Positions 9,577 through 17,941 are shown, counted from the stretch's first letter. The stretch is DNA of 64,000 bases from Clostridiaceae bacterium (GCA_016287385.1 JAEEWM010000005.1:8746-72745); one strand, 5' to 3'. The notes: generated by a model from the letters alone, not told the origin. Numbers and translations are program-made.

Positions 9577-10146
9577 ATGGAAAAGAAATCGGTTGCCGGG
9601 AAGGAAGTTTTTTCGGACGAACAGCTGGTATCCCTGATAAAATCCGGTGAAAACGAAAGTATCGGTATCCTTTTGGGGCGCTATGCTCCGTACATAGAAA
9701 GCGCGGTTTCCGGATATAAAAAATACTGCGACCCGGATGATTTGGTTTCCGAGGGCGAGCTGGCTCTTTTTCTGGCGATTTATACGTTTGATGAAACCAG
9801 GGCGTCTTTTAAGACCTATGCCGTTTCCTGCATAAAAAAATCCGTTATGTCGCGCAGTCGCTATTTGCAGGCGAAGAGCCGAATTCCGCGAAATATGATT
9901 TCTCCGTTGGAGGAGGAAACGCTCGGATACGCGGATGACTGCGACCCGGAAAACCTGATTATAGTAAAAGAAAACTTTGATTCGCTTATGGCGAGCATGA
10001 GAAGCGTCCTTTCAAAATATGAGTATTCCGTTATCTGCGATTTCGCCGAGGGTCTCAGTTATAAGGAAATAGCCGCGAAGCGCGGCAAAAGCGAAAAATC
10101 GGTCGACAATGCGCTCAAACGCATCAGAGAAAAGATAAAAAGGTAG
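9577..10146 (+). CDS. small sigma-70 family RNA polymerase sigma factor (regions 2 and 4)
   Basis: Region 2-like DLVSEGELALFLAIYTFDE...FKTYAVSCIKKSV and region 4 HTH LSYKEIAAKRGKSEKSVDNALKRIREKI. Confidence 0.75.
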   Translation: MEKKSVAGKEVFSDEQLVSLIKSGENESIGILLGRYAPYIESAVSGYKKYCDPDDLVSEGELALFLAIYTFDETRASFKTYAVSCIKKSVMSRSRYLQAKSRIPRNMISPLEEETLGYADDCDPENLIIVKENFDSLMASMRSVLSKYEYSVICDFAEGLSYKEIAAKRGKSEKSVDNALKRIREKIKR

Positions 10147-10253
10147 TTTTCTGCCTTTATATATGCCCAAGTAGCTTAAATCAGAAAAGCGTTGTATTCA
10201 GAGATGTCGGTGCAATTCCGTCCGGGGCTACTAAAACAAGAGAGGTACAAAAC

Positions 10254-10604
10254 ATGTTTGAGGACAAGACTTTAGTCTGCAAAGATTGCGGAGAAGAGTT
10301 CGTTTTCACCGCCCGTGAACAGGAATTCTATGAATCCAAAGGCTTTGTAAACGAACCGCAGCGTTGTAAGCCCTGCCGTGACAAGAGAAAGAACGCGGCA
10401 AGAGGTCCGCGCGAAATGCACGAAGCAGTTTGCGCCGCATGCGGTGGCGTCGCTCGCGTTCCGTTCGCTCCCCGTGAGGATCGTCCGGTTTATTGCAGCG
10501 ATTGTTTCGCAAAAATGAGAGAGGAACAGGCTCCCGCGGCCGAGGCGGCTCCCGCCGAAGCGGCAGAGGAAGCTGTTGAATCCGCCGAGGAAACCGAGGC
10601 TTAA
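10254..10604 (+). CDS. double zinc-ribbon protein with acidic Ala/Glu tail
   Basis: CKDCG...CKPC and CAACG...CSDC modules, followed by an AE-rich tail. It has its own terminator. Confidence 0.75.
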   Translation: MFEDKTLVCKDCGEEFVFTAREQEFYESKGFVNEPQRCKPCRDKRKNAARGPREMHEAVCAACGGVARVPFAPREDRPVYCSDCFAKMREEQAPAAEAAPAEAAEEAVESAEETEA

Positions 10605-10620
10605 CAGTTTTTGCATTATG

Positions 10621-10652
10621 AGGCGCTCCGATTACGGGGCGCCTTGTTTTTT
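10621..10652 (+). terminator. rho-independent terminator
   Basis: AGGCGCTCCG-atta-CGGGGCGCCT followed by TGTTTTTT. Confidence 0.85.
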
Positions 10653-10746
10653 GATTCGTTTTATTTAATAAATTAAGCCGTAATTATTCATATTTTTGTA
10701 ATAATATTATTGTAGAATAATGTCGCAACATAATAAGAGGTGAAGT

Positions 10747-11436
10747 ATGGAAAACCGTAAAATCCTTATTGTAGACGATGATTCGAATATATGTGAATTA
10801 CTCAGGATGTATCTTGAAAAGGACGGGTTTGACACGAGTATCGCGTATGACGGCGAGCAGGCGATAGAGCTTGTCGGCAGGTATAACCCCGATTTGATAC
10901 TTCTTGATATCATGATGCCCCGGCTTGACGGATGGCAGGTATGCCGCGAGGTAAGGAAAAACAGCGAGATACCGATAATAATGCTCACGGCAAAGGGCGA
11001 GGTTTTTGATAAAATACTCGGTCTTGAGCTGGGCGCGGATGATTATATAAGCAAGCCGTTTGACGCGAAAGAGGTGCTTGCGCGTATTAAAGCGGTCCTC
11101 AGGCGCAGCAGTGAAAAATCAAAGAAAAACGCCGTAAAGGAAGTGCGCTTCGATAAGCTTATCATAAACCTTACCAATTACGAGCTGACGGTGGACGGCA
11201 AGCAGATAGATACCCCGCCGAAGGAGCTTGAACTTATTTTCCACCTTGCAAGCAATCCCAACCGCGTTTATACGCGGGACCAGCTTCTTGACGAGGTATG
11301 GGGCTTTGATTATTACGGCGATTCGCGTACCGTTGACGTTCATGTAAAAAGGCTGCGCGAAAAGCTTGAAAACGTATCCGATAAATGGTCGCTCAAAACG
11401 GTCTGGGGCGTAGGATACAAGTTTGAGGTCAAATAA
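10747..11436 (+). CDS. OmpR-family two-component response regulator
   Basis: Receiver domain (ILIVDDD...DLILLDIMMPRLDG...LTAKG) plus winged-helix output (VWGFDYYGDSRTVDVHVKRLREKL). Confidence 0.92.
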   Translation: MENRKILIVDDDSNICELLRMYLEKDGFDTSIAYDGEQAIELVGRYNPDLILLDIMMPRLDGWQVCREVRKNSEIPIIMLTAKGEVFDKILGLELGADDYISKPFDAKEVLARIKAVLRRSSEKSKKNAVKEVRFDKLIINLTNYELTVDGKQIDTPPKELELIFHLASNPNRVYTRDQLLDEVWGFDYYGDSRTVDVHVKRLREKLENVSDKWSLKTVWGVGYKFEVK

Positions 11437-12860
11437 TGAAACGCAGACTGTTCTTAAAATACTATTTCGGTACCGCCGTTATTGTAATACTCAGTCTCGG
11501 TATAATGCTCGGTCTTCTGGCGATAAGCTTTAACAGGCACATGTCCGCCGAAAAGCACAGAGAGCTTCAAAAGGCGAGCGACTCGGTCGCAAGGTTCTGT
11601 TCCGACCCCGGAAACAGCATTGAGGGCGACCTGCGCAGGTCGGCGTATTTTGTTATGTCAAGCAATGTTCAGATGCTTGACTGCGAGATTTACGTTACCG
11701 ATAAAAACGGTGCGGTCACCGTATGCTCCTGTAAAGAATGGGGCGAAAACGGCATCTGCGAGCATATAGGTACGTCTTTTGACGCGGACGTGCTTAAAAG
11801 CGCGGCGTCCGGCAAAGAAGAATTCTCAACCGTCGGCGTCTTCAAGGCGCCTCGCTATATCGCCGCAACGGCGATAAAATCCGGCGTAGAGACTACGGGA
11901 TACGTTCTTTCCTCCGCTTCCTCAGAATCGATAAAGTCACTTTTTACCGATTCGCTTAAAATATACGCGCTTTGCGCGGTGGTACCGCTTGCTTTGATGT
12001 TCGCGGCGCTTTATATAATGACTTACAGAATGAGCAAACCGTTAAAGCTTATGTCCGAGGCGGCGCACGCGATGGCAAGAGGCGATTTTTCAAAGCGTAT
12101 TCCGGTCACGAGCGACGATGAGATAGGCGAGCTTGCCGCCTCGTTCAATAAAATGACGAATTCGCTTGCCCGCCTTGAAGAGACCAGAAAGAACTTTGTC
12201 GCCAACGTATCGCACGAAATGCGAACGCCGATGACCACCATAGGCGGGTTTATAGACGGAATAATCGACGGAACGATAGAACCCGAAAAGCAGGATCATT
12301 ACCTCAATATCGTTTCGCAGGAAGTAAAGCGCCTCTCGCGTATGATACAGTCAATGCTCAGCCTTTCGCGGCTCGAATCGAGTGAATTTGTGCTTAAAAC
12401 CGCTGATTTTGATTTGCGCGAACAGATACTTGAAGTGGTCATAGGGCAGGAACAGCGAATAGAGGAAAAGAATATAGAAATAGCGGGGCTTGACGCGCTG
12501 CCTTCGGTGGTGGTGTGCGCCGATAAGGATTTGATTTACCAGGCGATATATAACCTTCTGGATAACGCCATTAAGTTTGTTGACGTCGGCGGAACCGTAT
12601 CCTTTACGCTCGGCGTTGATTCGGCGGGCGCAAAATTCAGCATTACCAACAGCGGCGCGGGAATACCGCGCGCCGACCTGCCTTATATATTTGACAGATT
12701 TTATAAGCTTGATAAGTCCCGGGCGGCAAATAAAAACAGCATGGGACTCGGACTTTATATAGTAAAAACCATAATCAAACATCACGGCGGAACGGTAAGC
12801 GTATCAAGTAAAGAAAATGAATTTACTCGCTTTGAATTTGTTTTGCCGCTTGGAAAGTAG
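11436..12860 (+). CDS. sensor histidine kinase (2 TM, HAMP, HisKA, HATPase_c)
   Basis: H-box FVANVSHEMRTPMT, N-box LLDNAIKF, G-boxes. ATGA overlap with the regulator gene. Confidence 0.92.
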   Translation: MKRRLFLKYYFGTAVIVILSLGIMLGLLAISFNRHMSAEKHRELQKASDSVARFCSDPGNSIEGDLRRSAYFVMSSNVQMLDCEIYVTDKNGAVTVCSCKEWGENGICEHIGTSFDADVLKSAASGKEEFSTVGVFKAPRYIAATAIKSGVETTGYVLSSASSESIKSLFTDSLKIYALCAVVPLALMFAALYIMTYRMSKPLKLMSEAAHAMARGDFSKRIPVTSDDEIGELAASFNKMTNSLARLEETRKNFVANVSHEMRTPMTTIGGFIDGIIDGTIEPEKQDHYLNIVSQEVKRLSRMIQSMLSLSRLESSEFVLKTADFDLREQILEVVIGQEQRIEEKNIEIAGLDALPSVVVCADKDLIYQAIYNLLDNAIKFVDVGGTVSFTLGVDSAGAKFSITNSGAGIPRADLPYIFDRFYKLDKSRAANKNSMGLGLYIVKTIIKHHGGTVSVSSKENEFTRFEFVLPLGK

Positions 12861-12868
12861 GTATAATA

Positions 12869-14410
12869 ATGGATAATTTTGAAGAAAACACCGGCTTTAA
12901 GAATGAAGACGCGGCCGATACCGCTGCCGGCGAAAACGTCGTAGTACAGCCGACCGCCGAGGTGAACGCACAACATGACGCGCAGCCGGAAATAACGCGC
13001 GTCACACCCGAAGCACAGGTTGACATAAACCCGAACCCGGTATGGGCAGAAACTGAAACCGCGGCGAAAGAGAGCATACCTGCAAGTGAGCCCGCGTTTA
13101 CCGCCCCCGCGGCGGACGCCGTAAATCAGGCGCCGCCCGTATCGCAAGGCGTACCGTATAACGCCGCGCCGGAGATGCGACCCGTCTTTAACAGGGTCGA
13201 ATATTCGGAACAAAAGCCGATAAAGAATTATTCGCCGTTCAGCCGCGGACTTAAAATTTTTTGCGGACTGCTTGCGGCGGTTATACTTGTGACCGGCGGG
13301 CTTTACACAGGTTACTATTTCGGTAAAAATAAAAGCAGAAATCTCTTCCGTGACGATGTAAAAATGGACCTTGCCGCGAAACCGAAGGATACCGAAGGCA
13401 TGACCGCCGCCGAGGTTTACGACACCGTCAATCCATCCATTGTCGGAGTGCGGGTCTATAATTCAAAGCGCGCGTTTGACGCTTCGGGCGTTATTTATAC
13501 AAAGGACGGATACGTTATAACCAACGACCATATTTACTCATCTGTCGGCGCGCCGAAATTCAAAATCTATACCTACGACGGCAAGGAGTATGACGCGGTT
13601 TACGTCGCCGGCGACGTGGTAAGCGACCTCGCGGTGCTTAAAATCGAGAACGGCAAAGATTTCAGCGTGCCGGTGTTCGGCGATTCCTCCGCGCTTATCT
13701 GCGGTGAAAACGTATACGCGATAGGCAGACCGAGCGACGCTTCGGACCCGACCTCCATAACCTCGGGTACGGTATCGCTTCCGAAGAGAAGGGTGCAGTC
13801 CTCAAAAACCAATTATTCCTCCAGTCTTATTCAGACCGACAGCGCGATCAACCCCGGTTCCTCCGGAGGCGCGCTTGCCAATATGTACGGTCAGGTAGTC
13901 GGTATTACTACTTCCAAGCTTTCGGGCGACGATTATGACCTTATGTGCTTTTCGGTACCCACGGTTACGGTAAAGCGCGTGGTCGATCAGCTTATATCAA
14001 AGGGCAAGGTTACCGACAGGGCAAAGCTCGGCATAACCTATACCGAAATAAACTCGGTGAGTAAAACCGCCGGCAATTATGCCGATACAGGACTTCTGAT
14101 AGTCTCCGTCAGCTCCGACAGCGACCTTTACGGCAAAGCCGATAAGGACGATATCATAACCCATGTTGAGGGCGTAAAAATCACAAAGGACGATATGATA
14201 CTCGATATTATCGAGTCCCGCAAGGCGGGGGATACCGTCACGATAACGGTGCTGACCTCGTCCGGAGACGAAAAAGAGCTTACGGTAAAGCTCGGCGCCA
14301 ACGTCGGCGAGTCAAGCTATAAGCAGAGCGAGGCGCAGACCGAGAGCTCTTCTGACAGCAGTTCCTCATCCGATGACGGCAAAACCTTTGATTTCCCGTT
14401 CGGCGAATAA
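12869..14410 (+). CDS. HtrA/DegP-family serine protease with PDZ domain
   Basis: Disordered N-terminus and a TM helix. Catalytic triad context is TNDH, DLAVLK, NPGSSGGAL. C-terminal PDZ and a Ser-rich tail. Confidence 0.88.
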   Translation: MDNFEENTGFKNEDAADTAAGENVVVQPTAEVNAQHDAQPEITRVTPEAQVDINPNPVWAETETAAKESIPASEPAFTAPAADAVNQAPPVSQGVPYNAAPEMRPVFNRVEYSEQKPIKNYSPFSRGLKIFCGLLAAVILVTGGLYTGYYFGKNKSRNLFRDDVKMDLAAKPKDTEGMTAAEVYDTVNPSIVGVRVYNSKRAFDASGVIYTKDGYVITNDHIYSSVGAPKFKIYTYDGKEYDAVYVAGDVVSDLAVLKIENGKDFSVPVFGDSSALICGENVYAIGRPSDASDPTSITSGTVSLPKRRVQSSKTNYSSSLIQTDSAINPGSSGGALANMYGQVVGITTSKLSGDDYDLMCFSVPTVTVKRVVDQLISKGKVTDRAKLGITYTEINSVSKTAGNYADTGLLIVSVSSDSDLYGKADKDDIITHVEGVKITKDDMILDIIESRKAGDTVTITVLTSSGDEKELTVKLGANVGESSYKQSEAQTESSSDSSSSSDDGKTFDFPFGE

Positions 14411-14426
14411 AATTTAATATCTTTTT

Positions 14427-14469
14427 CGGCTTGCGAGTGTCCGCGCGGACATTTGCAAGCCGTTTTTTT
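14427..14469 (+). terminator. rho-independent terminator after htrA-like gene
   Basis: CGGCTTGC..TGTCCG-cg-CGGACA..GCAAGCCG followed by TTTTTTT. Confidence 0.8.
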
Positions 14470-14541
14470 ACATTTCTTTGCAAGACATTTTTTTGAATTT
14501 TCAGGGAAGAATTATTATTAAGAAAAAACAGAGGTGAAAAA

Positions 14542-15783
14542 ATGCGATATGTTAAACTGATTTTCAGGATATTGTTTTTTACGGCGCTGCTGTTCTGCGT
14601 TACGGTGTTTACCGCTGTTATAGTTATGAACAAAACGGTCAGCCGCGAGTACAAAATAAACCGCGGCGACACCTTCAGAATCGAGTCATCCATACCGGTA
14701 ACGGTGGATTTCAAAGGGGCGAAAGCCTCGATAGAGGATTACTGTAACGTAGGCGACGTATTTGACGTGGATTTGAAAATTCTCGGTGTAATACCGTTCA
14801 GTAAGGCGAGCGTCACGGTGGTGGATGAAACCTACGTTTCTGTGCTCGGTACGCCGTTCGGTATGAAAATATACACCGACGGTCTGCTTGTGATATCTAC
14901 CGGCAGGGTCGAAACGAAATCCGGCGCGGTAAACCCCGCCGAAGACGCGGGCGTTAAGGTCGGCGATTATATAAAGAGCGTAAACGGCGAGCGGATAAAC
15001 TGTAACGAGGACCTGGTGACCGCGGTCATAGAAAGCGGCGGCGAAACACTCAAACTCGAAATAACGCGGGAGGGTAAAGCGCGTGAAGTGTCGGTAACTC
15101 CCGCGCTTGATAAGGACGATAACCTCTACCGTATAGGAGTGTGGGTGCGCGACAGCTCCGCGGGCGTCGGAACGCTCACCTTTTACAGCCCGGTAAGCGA
15201 CGTGGTGTGCGGACTCGGTCACGGTATATGCGACCGTGACACGGGCAAACTGCTCGTGCCCGAGCGCGGCGAGCTGGTCGGTGCGGAAATAATATCGGTC
15301 ATAAAGGGCAACGCGGGTGAACCGGGCGAGCTTAAAGGCAGATTCACGGGGGAGAGAATATCCGATATGGCTCTTAATTCGGATAACGGCGTTTACGGTA
15401 ATCCTTATGAACCGCTTGATACCTCGAAGCTCACGAAAGTCGCGTATAAACAGGATATCAAAAACGGCGACGCGCAGATACTTTGTACCGTTTCGGGCGG
15501 TAAGCCGAAGCTTTACTCCTGCCGCGTTCAGAAGCGCGCGGGCGCTTACGATTATGAAACGCAAAACATGATAGTCACCGTGACCGATAAGGAGCTTATC
15601 GCCGCCACGGGCGGAATAATACAGGGTATGTCGGGCAGTCCGGTACTTCAAAACGGCGAGCTTATAGGCGCCGTGACCCACGTTTTTGTCGACGACCCCA
15701 AAAGGGGCTACGCCGTCTTTGCCGAAAATATGCTCGACACCGCGGCGGGCGTCGCGAAAAGACGCCTTAAAAAGGCGTCCTGA
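14542..15783 (+). CDS. spoIVB: stage IV sporulation protein B, SpoIVB peptidase (S55)
   Basis: N-terminal TM, PDZ region, and the S55 catalytic region GGIIQGMSGSPV. Confidence 0.9.
   Translation: MRYVKLIFRILFFTALLFCVTVFTAVIVMNKTVSREYKINRGDTFRIESSIPVTVDFKGAKASIEDYCNVGDVFDVDLKILGVIPFSKASVTVVDETYVSVLGTPFGMKIYTDGLLVISTGRVETKSGAVNPAEDAGVKVGDYIKSVNGERINCNEDLVTAVIESGGETLKLEITREGKAREVSVTPALDKDDNLYRIGVWVRDSSAGVGTLTFYSPVSDVVCGLGHGICDRDTGKLLVPERGELVGAEIISVIKGNAGEPGELKGRFTGERISDMALNSDNGVYGNPYEPLDTSKLTKVAYKQDIKNGDAQILCTVSGGKPKLYSCRVQKRAGAYDYETQNMIVTVTDKELIAATGGIIQGMSGSPVLQNGELIGAVTHVFVDDPKRGYAVFAENMLDTAAGVAKRRLKKAS
15759..15779. repeat. left copy of the 21-bp direct duplication flanking element copy A
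   Basis: AAGACGCCTTAAAAAGGCGTC, identical to 16085-16105. It is itself a hairpin and lies inside the last codons of spoIVB. Confidence 0.95.
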
Positions 15784-16084
15784 GCGTGTCGAAAAAGTCG
15801 ACACGCTCTCGGACGGGAATTCCGTTCGCCGAAAATTGAAAATTTTCGGACTGCACTCCACTCCCGCCAATACCACCCACGCCCCTTGAAAATCGCCTTT
15901 TCGTGTTTTTTGCTTATCAGAAGCAATTATTCAAGGAACGGAAATGATTTGTTTTTTCGTTTACCGCAATCATGAAAATGCGATTTTCGCCTATAAGGTG
16001 TTTTTCCGCCGCGCATGTCACCGGAAAAACAAAATGCGCAGCTCACGCCGCGCGGATCTCAACAACAGGTTTTCAGGCATACTG
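15780..16084 (+). mobile_element. structured ~305-bp non-coding repeat element, copy A
   Basis: Aligns along nearly its whole length with the reverse complement of 25124-25425. It is a chain of hairpins with no ORF conserved between copies, and is bounded by a 21-bp direct duplication. Confidence 0.7.
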
Positions 16085-16105
16085 AAGACGCCTTAAAAAG
16101 GCGTC
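16085..16105. repeat. right copy of the 21-bp direct duplication (ghost spoIVB 3' end)
   Basis: Same 21-mer. Read in the spoIVB frame it continues TCT TAA, reproducing the ...KKAS-stop ending. Confidence 0.95.
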
Positions 16106-16148
16106 TTAAACGTGCGCCCGGATTTTTGCGAAATACAGCTTTTTGCCC

Positions 16149-16177
16149 TTTACAAACACGGCGTTTCGTGGTATATT
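16149..16177 (+). promoter_or_regulatory. sigma-A type promoter of the beta-helix gene
   Basis: TTTACA, 17 nt, TATATT, with TGg immediately upstream of the -10. Confidence 0.55.
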
Positions 16178-16206
16178 TCATTTGAGAAATTTCGGAGGGC
16201 GATTCT

Positions 16207-17565
16207 ATGAAATTTAATGTAAACAGTTCCGGGTACGATTGTACAAAGAAATATACCGGCGGTTTTGACGCCGGCGCAAACCGGCGCAGAGAGGCGATAC
16301 TCGCCTCAAAAAACACGGAGGAAATATACGATATAAAGGGTAAAAAGTATTATATCAGCCGCGATATGCAGCTTACCGATATACCCGAAAATCTTTTGCC
16401 GGGCGACGCGGTGCTTTTTGAGCGCGGCGGACTCTGGCGCGTCGGCGACCGCGAAAAGTTTTTTGTGCCCGAGGGCGTTATTTTCGGCGCTTACGGCGAA
16501 GGCGACAAGCCGAAGTTTTACGGCTCTTATCATAATTACGCGGATAAGAAATTCTGGGAAAAGGAAGCGGAGAATATTTGGCGCGTTCAGCTTTACGGCA
16601 GAAACGTCGGTTGTATCGCCTTTAATGAAACCGCGCTTATGGGCGTAAAAAAATGGCATTTTGAAGACCTTAAAGAAAACTACGATTTTTACTATAACGG
16701 CGAATCGGAGCAAGTGTGGCTTTACTATGAGGGCGAGCCGTGGAGCGATTTTTACGATATCGAAATATGCCAGCGCGGCAGCGTTTTACAGCTTTTGGAT
16801 AACGCCACGGCGGATAACCTTTTTGTAGGTTACACCGGCTCGCACGCAATAGTCGCCGGCTACCAGAGAGACGGCGTAACGGTAACAAACTGCGAGGTCG
16901 CTTACGTCGGCGGAGCAATGCAGTTCGGCGAGACCCGCTTCGGCAACGGTATAGAGCTTCAACTCGGCGCGACTAACGCGAAGCTTTGCTCCAATTACGT
17001 CCACCAGTGCTATGACGCGGGGATCACATTCCAGAGCTGGTCAAGCGCGAAGCTCGATTCGCATTATCACAATATTGATATCTCGGATAACCTTATCGAG
17101 TTTTGCACCTACGGCATAGAATACTTCACCACCGAGTTTGAAAGAAACGGGCTTTACAGCGATTATAAGGACATAGCGATAAAGAATAACATTATACGCT
17201 TTTCGGGTTACGAGTGGTCGTATAATCAGCGCCCCGATAAATGGATGATATCCCATATCCGCGGGGGACAGTGGGCGTGGGTCAAAGACTGCAGCGGCTT
17301 CGAGATATCCGGCAACGTTTTCGATTGCTCCCGCGCCTCGATAATATTCTGGTGGTGGCACGATGAGGAGAAAAACTATATCCGCCCCGAAGCGCACCCC
17401 GGTCTTACGGTAAGGAACAACACCTACTATCAGGGGATAACCGCCGATAAGCGCTGTATGAATTATCATATCAATAAGCCGGTGTACGCCGAAGACGAGG
17501 CAGGGCTTAAAGCCGCCGTCGCGCTCTTCGATAAAGACCCGGCAAAAGTCGTCTGGCTCGGGTAG
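16207..17565 (+). CDS. right-handed parallel beta-helix repeat protein (pectate-lyase fold), no signal peptide
   Basis: Repeated ...N..V....G.HAIV.G...GVTVTNCEV.Y.GG...GNGIEL...NAKLCSNYVHQCYDAGITFQSW pattern. GGAGGG RBS. Confidence 0.7.
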   Translation: MKFNVNSSGYDCTKKYTGGFDAGANRRREAILASKNTEEIYDIKGKKYYISRDMQLTDIPENLLPGDAVLFERGGLWRVGDREKFFVPEGVIFGAYGEGDKPKFYGSYHNYADKKFWEKEAENIWRVQLYGRNVGCIAFNETALMGVKKWHFEDLKENYDFYYNGESEQVWLYYEGEPWSDFYDIEICQRGSVLQLLDNATADNLFVGYTGSHAIVAGYQRDGVTVTNCEVAYVGGAMQFGETRFGNGIELQLGATNAKLCSNYVHQCYDAGITFQSWSSAKLDSHYHNIDISDNLIEFCTYGIEYFTTEFERNGLYSDYKDIAIKNNIIRFSGYEWSYNQRPDKWMISHIRGGQWAWVKDCSGFEISGNVFDCSRASIIFWWWHDEEKNYIRPEAHPGLTVRNNTYYQGITADKRCMNYHINKPVYAEDEAGLKAAVALFDKDPAKVVWLG

Positions 17566-17596
17566 ATACATATTAAATCGGAGCGGAATATAAAGC

Positions 17597-17840
17597 GGGC
17601 GGATGATATCCGCCCCTACGTTTTGCGTATCAATTAAATTGATGTTTTGTAGGGGCGATTCACGAATCGCCCGTAAGACATATATCAGACGCATTATACG
17701 GACAGCCGGGGACGTCTGTCCCTACGAAATGTAAATTAAATTGATACGCCGTAGGGGTCGATGCCCACATCGACCCGGTTTTTCCGTTTCGGGATGTGTC
17801 AATACGTTTTAATCGTGGGGTCGGGCGCGTTGTGCCTGAC
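17597..17840. repeat. REP-like cluster: two ~77-nt modules plus an extra hairpin
   Basis: Module 1 (17597-17672) and module 2 (17700-17776) share one layout: GC hairpin, CCTACG, AT-rich core AATTAAATTGAT, GTAGGGG, GC hairpin. Stems include GGGCGGAT/ATCCGCCC, GGGCGATTC/GAATCGCCC and GGGTCGATG/CATCGACCC. An extra hairpin lies at 17820-17840. Confidence 0.8.
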
Positions 17841-17859
17841 GCATGAAACTCCAACCTGG

Positions 17860-17897
17860 TTTTGATATCTTGATATCATGATATCAAGATATCAAAA
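17860..17897. repeat. perfect 38-bp palindrome, candidate operator
   Basis: TTTTGATATCTTGATATCATGATATCAAGATATCAAAA equals its own reverse complement. It contains four TGATATC(A) units and lies 45 nt upstream of the -35 of the ydjG-like operon promoter. Confidence 0.9.
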
Positions 17898-17941
17898 TTC
17901 GCGCCGCATATCCGTTTCGACGCCGCTTTACAAAATATTCA

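Noticed and set aside
10160-10240. tRNA-like look of the leader upstream of the zinc-ribbon gene (GTAGC...CGGTGCAATTCCG...GCTAC)
   Set aside because: Only a closing 5-7 bp stem and one T-loop-like hairpin can be drawn. No D-arm or anticodon arm can be formed, and I could not match any riboswitch or leader family from memory.
14686-15876. 396-aa ORF on the minus strand
   Set aside because: It is fully antisense to spoIVB, which has clear family motifs. It is Arg/Gly/Val-rich with no recognisable domain, typical of a shadow ORF opposite a real gene. The same applies to 35135-36184 (antisense to the EF-G paralog), 31544-32482 (glgA), 55579-56331 (dnaJ), 42885-44244 (infB), 52550-53272, 61215-61916 and 17041-17694.
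17844-17869. Sigma-W type promoter (TGAAAC-N16-CGTA) upstream of the ydjG-like operon, by analogy with Bacillus
   Set aside because: TGAAAC is present at 17844-17849, but the position 16 nt downstream reads TATC, not CGTA. A sigma-A-like promoter closer to the gene fits better.
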